Origin: Salpingoeca rosetta
Taxonomy: Eukaryota; Protista; Choanoflagellata
Direction of reading: 5' to 3'
Length of the DNA stretch: 25,445 bases
NCBI GenBank assembly: GCA_033442325.1
Contig: JAWQFM010000020.1
Coordinates: 1,091,563-1,117,007, forward strand
The notes under the pieces were generated by a model. The model made no database searches. It saw only the letters and a list, made by a program, of their open reading frames with translations, and had not been told where the DNA came from. The translations under genes were made by a program, and so were the position numbers. Positions within the stretch are counted from its first letter, which is position 1. The number at the start of each line of letters is the position of its first letter. This document shows positions 1 through 18,341 of the stretch, one piece after another.

Positions 1-5
1 GCGAC

Positions 6-86
<81 letters not shown>

Positions 87-87
<1 letters not shown>

Positions 88-250
88 ATCTCGGGAGGCG
101 GCGATGCAGCAAAAGACGAATTCCACCAGCTTTGGGCCGTACTTGCCGCTCAAAGCCTTGATGGTGTTTTCCCACTTGGCCGTCTGCATGGTGTTGTGGT
201 GAGAGAAGGGAGGTGGGTGTGAGCGTGCGTGGACCCACCACAAGCAACCT

Positions 251-291
<41 letters not shown>

Positions 292-306
292 CGGTTGACG
301 CACCAT
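87..306 (-). CDS. 5' part of a small intron-containing gene, hypothetical protein (M|TAKWENTIKALSGKYGPKLVEFVFCCIAASRD...); continues left of the window
   Basis: ATG at 306-304 is followed directly by a GTGCGT donor. The acceptor ...catgcag is at 186-184, the open exon runs 183-87, then a G|GTGTGT donor leads into a (GT)n tract. An alternative in-frame ATG lies at 189. Product not recognised. Confidence 0.5.
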
Positions 307-513
307 GATGGTTGCCGTGGCCGTCACTGCCTTCGTTCCTTTGCCGGTGACGCAGTTGATTGCTGGCTGGGAGAAGGGGTGGGTCGAGTGAGAGAGGCTC
401 GAACCAAGAAGGGGCGGTTGCGCACAAAACAAACAAGAAAAACAACAAAAACAAAAAAACACCGGGATGACGTATAATTCATATATGTTCTTTTCGCCCT
501 ATTTTCCCATCTG

Positions 514-587
514 GCATCTGTGGCGCAATTGGATAGCGCACTCGGTTCCGGTCCGAGAGGTTGCGGGTTCGAGTCCCGTCAGGTGTA
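514..587 (+). tRNA. tRNA-Arg, anticodon CCG
   Basis: Cloverleaf: acceptor GCATCTG/CAGGTGT, D-arm GCGC-AATTGGATA-GCGC, anticodon arm CTCGG-TT CCG GT-CCGAG, T-arm GCGGG-TTCGAGT-CCCGT, discriminator A587. No encoded CCA. Confidence 0.95.
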
Positions 588-591
588 CATG

Positions 592-597
592 TTTTTT
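592..597 (+). terminator. RNA polymerase III oligo-T terminator of the tRNA
   Basis: T6 run 5 nt after the tRNA 3' end, with longer T runs at ~609-630. Confidence 0.75.
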
Positions 598-734
598 GCT
601 CCGTAGAGGTTTTTTTTTTTTGTTTTTTTTGGGGTGGTCGGTCTGGCGGCTCACGTTTCCTGCTGCTACACACAACAGCAAAACAATCGATTCGTACCTG
701 CGTTTCAGTCACAGCCATCACACACCCGCACAGA

Positions 735-2623
735 ATGCGAGGTGGTTCTGTGCTCACCACCTTGTTCGCTGCTTTGGCAGTGGTGTGGCTGGGGCTGGGT
801 GATATTGAGGGTGTGGAGGCCGGCAGGCTCAGGGTGTACGCAAAGAGCGCCGAGGTCAGCGTATCGATCACGAATATCTTAGCTGGGGGGTTGAATGTGG
901 CTGCTAGGCTTCAAGTCGAAGGGGTCACAAGCTTCATCGAAACGCGACGGGTCGGGACCAACCACCCAACATGGAACCAATGGCTGGACTTTGGACGAAC
1001 AGACATTGGTCCCTCGGTCAGTGTTCTCAAGCGAGTATTCATTGGTGTACACCGGCTCAAAGATGTACATACATCCACAAGCGGAGTCAACACATATTAT
1101 TGTTCGCTGTCTTGTCACGTTACATTGCTTGAACCTCACAGTGTCGCATATTTGCACTGCTGTTCTGCGCAATTCATTGTTTTTGTTCTACAGGGGACGG
1201 TGCGGGCGCAAGTGGTCAACTACGACAACGGCGGGGGACTTGATGTGGTAAGCATCATGCTAGTCCGTGGTCTACATACACATTTATTCCAGATGTGCTT
1301 TCGTGCTTCCCCAAAGACATTTACATATGGCTTCAGTACTTACATTTGCGCACGTGTCGTTCGTTCGTATCACAGCGTGTCCAAGACAGGTTCAGCTTCT
1401 CGTTCAGCGGATGCAGCAAGCAAACGCGGTCCTTTCGTCTGACCAAAGAACTCTACCGGAGTGGTCCATTCGGCATGTCCATCTACATTGGCACCTCCAT
1501 CTTTGACTTTACCCTCGAGTACACCCCAAGTAAGCACCAGCAATGTGCTGATTGATACCTTGATACTGTATTTGTCCTGCGAGAAAGACACCCCTTGCCC
1601 GCGTCATCTTTCATCTGTTCCTTTCCTCACGCTCTCACGCGCACTCCACCTCCCCTCAACCCCTCCAACAGCCAACCTGTGCTCCACGTCCTATTGCGAT
1701 GCGACCTCGACCACGTGCTCCTGCCGCTCCGACAACAGCGCAACGTGCGTCACTGATGTTGTACCACCGCGACCACCGAGCCACGCGGTTGCTCACTTCC
1801 GATGTTTGTGCACGCTTCCCTGTTTTCTTTGTCACCTTCAACCTCCACCAAACCCCCAACCCCCAAACATGTCCATCAACCACCCTCCTCTCCCAATCCC
1901 TTGCAGGTGCTCCTGCAAGAGCGGGTACACGTACCTTGATGCCCAGCGCTGCCAAGAACGCAACATCTGCACCAACAACGTCAAAGGTTGCGACCTCTCC
2001 TCCACCACGTGAGTTGACCATGTGAGAGGGAGGACAGGAGAGCAAAGGAGGGTTGACTCGCATGCATTGTGCTGTCCAACAGCGCGACGCGACGCGATTG
2101 CCTCTTATGCCGTGGCACCCGTCGCACCATCCTCGTCCACACACCCCTCCCCTGTACTTCACCACCACCATCCCCCCTTTTCCTTCTCTCTGCTTTGACA
2201 ACAGGTGCCGCAAGACGGGTCCAGGCACGGCCGAGTGCGACTGCAAGGCCGGCTACCGCCGCAGGACCTCTACCTCATGTGCCGCCATCAACCCGTGCAG
2301 TGACAACCCCAACATCTGTGGCAGCAACTCCCAGTGCTCCATGACGGGACCAGGCACGTACAGATGCACGTGCGAGGATGGCTACTCCTCGTCTACAGCC
2401 GACAACAAGAACTGCAGGCCCATCGACAGGTGTGAACTGAACACGGACACATGCGACGGCAACAACACCATCTGCGAATACCTGGGACCAAACAGGTTCA
2501 AGTGCACGCCATGTCCAGACGGCCACAAGGCGACGGACGACGAGTGCAAGCAGATCAACCCCTGCATGGACAACGAAGGCATCTGCGGTGACAACGCGAC
2601 TTGTGAATTTGCCGGACGTAAGT

Positions 2624-2658
<35 letters not shown>

Positions 2659-4181
2659 CGTGTGCGTGTGTACATCAAAGCTGTGCATCCATTTTCATCG
2701 CACCTCATCTCACATGATTCCATCCGTATCGACTGTTTCCTCTGCTCTTTATCCCCCACGTCCCATGGTACAGCTGGCAAGTACGCGTGCCTGTGCGCGA
2801 GTGGATACGAGCACGACTCGCCCACAGACAAGTGCACGCCTATCAACTTTTGCGAACAGACACCAGGCCCTTGCGGCGACAACTCCAAGTGCTCTCCAAC
2901 AGGTGCTGTTTGTGTGTGTGCATGCGTGCGTCAGAGAGAGAGTGTGTGTATGTGGTGTATGTTTGTGCGTGCAGGTGGAAACGTGTCTGGTTCATCCCAA
3001 GCTTGATCCACACTCTCGATTCCACACTCTCGTCTCCTCGCTGCTGTCTCACCCTCATCTGCCTGCTTCCCCTTGCCCCTGCAGGTCCCGGCACATACAC
3101 GTGCCAGTGTGAGCAAGGGTACGAGTCCGATGACAATGCCCAGACGGTGAGTCGCACCATACCTTCCCCTAACGCATCTGCAACCACGCCGACCTCGAGA
3201 CACACACACACACACACACACTCTGTCACTCACCACGCACACACATACACACACACACAATGTTCATCCACAGAACTGCTCGCCCATCAACCGGTGCGAC
3301 ACGAACAACGGCGGGTGTGGTTCCAAGTCCCAATGCGATCACACGGGACCAGGCACGCGCAGGTGCACGTGCGACGCTGGCTACAGAAGCACCTCCAACG
3401 ACGGAGCAAACTGTGTGGTGGGTTCACGGTGCAGCTGTTGAGTGGCAGCTGTCATGTGCATGTGCGTGTACACTTGTGCTCCATCGCTCATTGTTGTTGC
3501 CTCTCGTCCCAACAACACTGCTCCTTGCATGACATGCGTTCACCCTTCGCACTTACACCCACCACCACCACCACTATCAACATTACAGGAGATTGACCCG
3601 TGTGTCACCGACAACGGAGGCTGCGGCGATGCAAGCACCACCCTGTGTGTAAAATGTGATGTGGTGCCTTGTGCTCCATCATTATTGTTGTGCTTGCAGC
3701 ATGCCAGCTTCTTTTGTGGCGCTTCCACTTGCACACCACCACCTGCCGTTCCCCTCACCATCACCATCACTCCAACACACCATCTGCTCCTGTGCTCCGC
3801 CATCTCTTCGCTGCAGGTGCACCAAGACGGGCCCGAACGAGCGCGAGTGCAGCTGCAGGGACGGATTCACGTCGGAGACGGGGCGCGACTGCATCTGGAT
3901 CAACCCATGCGTCAACGAGGACTACGGCGGCTGTCTGCAAGCAACAGAGATGTGAGCCTGTGTCTTGTTGTGCTGTTGTGTGCGTTGTATGCGTGTGTGT
4001 AGGCGTACATTGCATCTGCGCGTTCATCACCACCGATGTTGCTTGGCATTGCACCCCACCTGACTTTCGCACGCTTCCATCCTTCACCTCCACAACAACA
4101 GCTGCATGAACACGGGCCCCAATGAGAACAAGTGTGACTGCCGCACCGGCTTTCAGTTTGACGAAGAGACCGGACACTGCC

Positions 4182-4226
<45 letters not shown>

Positions 4227-4540
4227 GTTGGAGTTCTTGTGACACTGGCGTACATCATGTTGTTTCCCCAGACACATCACTGCACTGCAATGCATCTCTC
4301 AACTGCGCGCGCTCACGCATCAGCATTCTCTCCTCCTCTCGCTCCTCTCCTCACTCCTCCCCCTCCCACCACCGCCACCACCCAAAGTGCGGTGAGCGGC
4401 CGGCGTGCCCAGAGTTTTCGGCGTGTCAGGACTCTTCATGCGTGTGCGAAGGGGGTTTGCGGTTGGTGGAGACAGACGTGGGTGACTTAGCCTGTGCCCC
4501 AACAACAACAACAACCACCACCACCACCACCACCACCACC

Positions 4541-4586
<46 letters not shown>

Positions 4587-5782
4587 CCACAACCACCACT
4601 ACAACCACCACCTCTGCGTCCCCCATCGTTGTCATCACGACACCCTACACTGCGGCAGCAGGAACAACCACAACGACAAGCACAACCACGGCTGGCACCA
4701 CGACCGGTCGTGATATGCAACCACAGCCCACCTCCACCACGTCCACCTCTGCCGTGTTCACCATTGCGCCTCCGAATCGCCAGCGATCATCCACGTCATC
4801 TGCTGCAAATCCCGTTGTCATTGGTGCTGGTGCTGGTGGTGCACTCGTCGGGTGTGCACTCCTCATTATTGTTGTTGTCCTCTTTGTTCGACGTCGCCGC
4901 CGTGACCACCACGACGGACATCGCGACACGACAACTTCGGTGCCGCCGTCTCGTGCACCCACGGATGGCGGGGCTGTCCCCTCGTCGTTGTCGAGCATGT
5001 CAACCACCAACCCGCTGTTTGTTGGCGACGCCATGATGGAGCCAGCAAGCATGCAGCCAGCCTGGCTGCCCGAGGAGGAGGCAACCGCGTTTGATCTTGA
5101 TCCCAGGAACCACTACGACAACCTGTATGAAGATGATGTGGTGGACGAAGCTGACAACTACTACGAAAGCGTTCAGCCTGCTGATGACCAGGACAGGTAT
5201 TTGACGCCAGGCCAATCCAAGCTGTACGCCCCAGCATATCGTGTCCCGAACGTGATGGATGGTGGCGGTCCAACACAACACACCCACGACAGGGATCGGG
5301 GCTACGAGCAGCCTGCATCGACGCAGCAGCACTACTACGATCGTCCGCAGCCCGACGACGACAGCAACAACAACAGCAACAGCAACAGCAGCAGCCATGA
5401 CCATGAGCATGAATACCACCACTACGATTTTGTTGCGGCGCAACCAGAGTACGAGAACCCTGGCGCCATCTACGATATCGCCAGCGATCCTGTTCAAGTG
5501 CAGGGCGGGCAGGTCATGGATGATTACGCGCAGCTGCACGTCCCCTTTGCAACAAATGTAGCGACACAGCGCGAGCAGGGACGACGGCCACAGTCCAATG
5601 CTGTGTACGATGTGGCGTCCCCGTCTGCCCTCCTTGAACAACCCACTCATCACCACCAGCACCATCTGTATGAGCTTGGCAGCGATACAGGTGTTGACCC
5701 AGCAGCTCACAACGGTCTCCCCTCCACCGACCAGTCTGACCTCGCACCTGTCTACGACGTTGCGAGCGACTCACATGCATAA
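735..5782 (+). CDS. Type I membrane receptor-like protein (~1026 aa): signal peptide, C2-like domain, ~10 EGF repeats, Thr-rich mucin stalk, TM helix, Tyr-rich cytoplasmic tail
   Basis: 13 exons with GT-AG boundaries and consistent phase: 735-1016, 1194-1247, 1376-1529, 1672-1744, 1907-2008, 2205-2617, 2774-2902, 3085-3146, 3274-3417, 3589-3644, 3817-3951, 4102-4183, 4388-5782 (3081 nt). Hydrophobic N-terminus LTTLFAALAVVWLGLG; NHPTWNQWLDFG motif; repeated INPC..NNGGC...C..TGPG...C.C..GY EGF units; poly-Thr; TM VVIGAGAGGALVGCALLIIVVVLFV followed by RRRRR. Confidence 0.9.
4502..4612 (+). repeat. Coding (ACA/ACC)n trinucleotide repeat encoding the poly-Thr mucin-like stalk
   Basis: Seen directly; in frame within the last exon of the receptor. 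Confidence 0.95.
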
Positions 5783-6091
5783 CAACCAGCGCAGCAGAAC
5801 GGACCAAGGAGGAAAGGAGGAGTGAACAAGCGACTCGAGTGAGTGAGTGGAGGGGGGGGGGGGCATTGAGGGACTTGAGTGAAGGGTTGCAGGACGAGGG
5901 GCGGCTGTTGTTTGTGGCTTTCGTTCGAGATTTGTTGTGTCTGCTTCGTGCCTGTAGAGTTTTATTGAAATACACGGCCAGTTTTCCAAACTTGGGTGCA
6001 ACAGCCAGAAACAAACACCACACGACGCAAAGACACAACACCAACCACGACTACGACACAACACCAACTACACGACCCACGAGACGTAGCC

Positions 6092-6391
6092 ATGGGCGAC
6101 CGACGTGGAAACAACGGCGATGAGGGAGAGCAGGGGAGGTTTAGTCGTCGCCCCGTGCGTGGGGATGATGGCTTTGGCAGTGGTGAGCAAAGGGTGGAGT
6201 ACCCGTTCATCAAAGGGTTTGCAGCAGGATTGTTCGTTGCCCACTTCAACAGACACCTGCTGATGGGCGCCCTTCTCGGAACAGCGGCAGGCATGTACTA
6301 CCAGCAGGAGTTTGGGGCCCCAGATGTCAAGCAAGTATATGACGACACATGCGAAAAGCTCAAAGACCTGCTGAAGCCGCCCAAGAAGTAA
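6092..6391 (+). CDS. 99-aa single-exon microprotein, SLC35A4-uORF protein (SLC35A4-MP)/STMP1 (DUF4535-type) family, probable mitochondrial membrane protein
   Basis: gccATGG context. The segment PFIKGFAAGLFVAHFNRHLLMGALLGTAAGMYYQQEFGAPDVKQ resembles recalled human SLC35A4-MP PFLKGFLAGYVVAKLRASAVLGFAVGTCTGIYAAQAYAVPNVEK and STMP1 GMYLAQNYDIPNL...KKPP. Confidence 0.8.
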   Translation: MGDRRGNNGDEGEQGRFSRRPVRGDDGFGSGEQRVEYPFIKGFAAGLFVAHFNRHLLMGALLGTAAGMYYQQEFGAPDVKQVYDDTCEKLKDLLKPPKK

Positions 6392-6525
6392 TCGTACGCT
6401 GTTTGTTCTGTGTTTCATACCCGCCTTCGTTGTGTCGAGTGCAGCTTGTTGTGTCGAGTGTAGCCATTTATGTTTGAGATGCATGTTCGTGTGTTCGACA
6501 CGACGCGACTAGCATGACGACGACC

Positions 6526-6571
<46 letters not shown>

Positions 6572-7028
6572 GTTGTTCTCGCTTAGTGTCTTCTTCGTTC
6601 TTTGTTCAGCTTGTTACCTTCCACTTGGCATTGACTGCGCTTGCACACCCGTCACCCTTTGTTGTGTTTCCCCTCCCCACATCAGCTTGTACAGTTGTTT
6701 CGCACGCTTTGCACACACTTTTGCCGCTTCGCCCCTCTTGATGCGTCTTTTGTTCCTCCTTGCTTGATTGATTAACTGGAAATGTATTGACAAGTGCTCG
6801 CCTGGGTCTGGGATGTGGTTTTTGCGGCCACTGCACAAGGCATAGCTTGGCCAGCCAGCGTGCACGCCACACAGTTATCCTCAGCCAGTTGAAAGGAAAT
6901 ACACAACAACGACATTGAAACCGACACACATCAGCGCTGATGACACGCATCAATACAACCTCACGTCACGCTCCAACTGAAACACACACACACACGACAG
7001 CTGTACAAGGTGTGTTCGTTCCTGCAGT

Positions 7029-15195
<8,167 letters not shown>

Positions 15196-15635
15196 AGCCT
15201 TCACCCACAAGCAGGTGCAGATGCACATGTGTGTGTGTGTGTGTGCGTGTGTGTGCGTGTGTGTGTGCGTGTGTGCGTGTGTGTGCGTGTGTGTGTTGTA
15301 ATGCGATGTGAGACGGTGGAACTCAAAGGCAGCATCACCATGCCAACCAAGATAGCGAGAGGGAAGTCGGGCACGCGGAAGGTTGGCAGTGCAATGCGTG
15401 TGTCTTGACATGACAACGTGGGTGGTTGGTGGGCTAGCTCGCCGCTTGCCTTCCCCATGAAGCATTTGTTTGGACGCACCTGTTGCTCATATCGTTTGGC
15501 GGTTCGATGTGGCGAAGGCGCACTTGTTTGCCCGCGCATGTGAAGACAAAGCGGGGTGGGAGCGCTGTTGCCCTGATGCACTTGACACGTTCAACGTGTC
15601 GTGCTGCCTATCATACAATCACAGGCGCGCGTTCG

Positions 15636-15726
<91 letters not shown>

Positions 15727-15826
15727 NNNNNNNNNNNNNNNNNNNNNNNNNNNNNNNNNNNNNNNNNNNNNNNNNNNNNNNNNNNNNNNNNNNNNNNNNN
15801 NNNNNNNNNNNNNNNNNNNNNNNNNN
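15727..15826. other. Assembly gap (100 N) within a (GT)n tract
   Basis: N run flanked on both sides by GT repeats. Confidence 0.99.
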
Positions 15827-15880
<54 letters not shown>

Positions 15881-16153
15881 ACGTCGCTCCTCTCCCACAA
15901 CAGCAAGCGCTGCAACGAAATAACTTTTTTGCGTTGGTCATGTTTTGCGATGGGGGGTGGTGGTGTGTTGTGTTCGGGTGCGAGCTCTTGTGGTGGCGGA
16001 AGATGGAGAGGTGCTTGTTAAGTACCTCGCTTTGCAGCGTGCGCGTCTCTTTGATCACAACCATTGCGAGCAAGCGGGTGCAGACAGACAGACACACACA
16101 CACAGACACACACAGACACACACACAGACACACAGACACACACATTCGATGCA

Positions 16154-16171
16154 TTACGAGGCAGCCTTGCT

Positions 16172-16206
<35 letters not shown>

Positions 16207-16450
16207 TGTTGCTGTCTCCATCACAGCACGTGCAGTCGTCTTCGCAGCGGTGTCTGCACGCATATGGGAGCGACTTGACAAACGCCCGTCGAAACGCAAT
16301 GGAGGGATCCGGAAGGAGCACCTGCAGCGACGTGAGTGAGTGAGCGAGTGTGTGTGTGTGTGAGCGAGTGTAAGTGTGTGAGCGAGTGTAAGTGTGTGAG
16401 CGAGTGTAAGTGTGTGAGCGAGTGTAAGTGTGTGAGCGAGAGAGAGAGAG

Positions 16451-16534
<84 letters not shown>

Positions 16535-18240
16535 TGTGTGTACGTGCGTGTGTTGAAGATGAAAGAGCTCCGACTGCACAAGCCACCGTGATATCCTCAA
16601 CGGCACAAAGGGAGCAGGGTTGGTGCTCACGTCACGCCAGAGGGGAAAGTCGAATGGAAGGTCGTCGGGCTGGATGGGAAGCCTCTCGAGCAGCAGCTGC
16701 AGCAGCGCTTGGTTCCCCTGCAATAGGAGCAGGCGGTAGAGGTTGTTGTGGTTATGGTAGTGCATGAGGTGGTGCATGTGGGGGATGATATGGCGGTGGT
16801 GCAGGTCGTGGTGCAGACGTGCAAGATGCGTGTTCAGGTGAGGTAAGCGACAGGCAACGGAAGCAAGATGCACAACATTACAAAGCAGCACGGCAGAACC
16901 CCACATTGCATTTCGTTGTGCTTCCATGCTGTCACGCTATTACCGCGTCGCTGAAGTGGAGACCGTCGTTGAGCATGGCCATCCAGTCAGCCTTGAACCA
17001 CTCCTTGTACAAATTCACGCAGGGCACATCCTGTGGCAGTGGAACAGAGGGAGGGAAAGAGGAGACAAGAGGTGTTGATGTGCGCAAGCAGTCTGGTGGC
17101 AGCATGACAGCTGCACACATTCACAGACAGATACACACACAGACCCACAGACAGACACACACGCATACACACACGCATACACAAATGCAGACACACAGAC
17201 ACACACACACACACACACACACGAGGCTCACGTGGCGCTCTGCGGCTCTTGAAGCAACGGCAGCATACCGCTGCACGTGTGTGTTGTGCCGCGTTGGCCA
17301 TCGCACGTGATCGACAGGTGGGGGTGCAATCATCACCACGTGCTGTGACGGCATCGTCATATAGAGTTGGTGTTGTGGAGGTGTGGGACGGCCACGATGA
17401 TGAGTAGACATCGGAGAACAGTGGCAAAGCGTGGTGTCAAATCAACGAGCAAAGTACCAAAAAGACGGACTGTGAACAAGGGCGTGTCCACTCACCTTTG
17501 CGCGCCTCTTGATGGTGGAAAGGATGGCGTCCAGGTTCTCTTCATACTCTTCGATTGGCACGTGTTGATCGCACTCCTGTGCAGCTGCAACACACAGTGT
17601 AGCAAAGGTACAGGGTCAGCAGGTGGACTACGCGACACTCATGTCTGCGCGAGCGAGAGTCAGTCACAGACAGACAGACAGCGGCAGGTACAGAGAGAGA
17701 CAGGCAAACAGAGAGATATGCGCACACACACTCACGGACGCATCGACACACACACAGACACACACACAGACACACACGCAGACACACACGCAGACACAGA
17801 CACAAACACACACACACACACATACCATCGTTGGCGCCGAAGAAGACGGTGACAAAGAGATGGGGATCAGCCTCGCCCTGCTCCGGAAAGATGTGCTTTA
17901 GCATGGCCCGTGCACTCCTAGTTGTGTATCCGCTGAACCCACGGTTCACCACGTCCACTTTGCGCTGAAACGCGTGTGCGATCCCTGCACCCCATCCCTG
18001 CGGCGCGAAGCTGTATTGGGTGATAGAGTCCCCAAACAGCACAGCCGTGTCCCTGCACAAGCGTGTTGATGGATGGGCGAGGTGGACGAGGCAACAGCCC
18101 AACAAACGCAACCGTTAGGCAGCGACATCAAGGGTCACTTCCCCCAAGCCAAAGCAAGCAGCCTAACACGTGAAGACAGCCGAGCACGCGAGCGAGCAAC
18201 CCAAGCAGGTGAAGTCGCACCTCAGTGGCGGCTGTTCCAT
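16154..18240 (-). CDS. IAH1: IAH1-like GDSL/SGNH esterase (~262 aa)
   Basis: Exons 18240-18221, 18052-17826, 17584-17496, 17342-17232, 17030-16944, 16717-16631, 16321-16154. SGNH blocks FGDSITQ, NRGFSGY, FFGANDA and DGLH; C-terminal FPLWRD. Confidence 0.92.
16359..16440. repeat. 18-bp minisatellite (gtgtgtgagcgagtgtaa) x~4.5, intronic
   Basis: Seen directly, in the last IAH1 intron. Confidence 0.85.
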
Positions 18241-18341
18241 CTCTGCTGTTGTCCGCTTTCCGTTGTTTTGTTTGTGTTGCGCTGACGCTGCTGTGGTGTG
18301 TGTGGCGTGTGTGTGTGTGGTGTGCGTGGGTGTGTGGCACG
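18241..18341. promoter_or_regulatory. Very short divergent region between IAH1 and vasohibin start codons (putative bidirectional promoter)
   Basis: ATGs at 18240 (-) and 18342 (+), with 101 bp between them. Confidence 0.55.

Noticed and set aside
735-5782. True Delta/Notch, perforin, stabilin or receptor tyrosine kinase orthologue
   Set aside because: No DSL, LNR/ankyrin, MACPF, fasciclin/Link or kinase domain is visible; only the architectural or domain-level resemblance is kept.
16340-16540. CRISPR-like array or transposon terminal repeats
   Set aside because: Direct tandem units with no unique spacers; no transposase, RT or cas sequence was recognised anywhere in the window.
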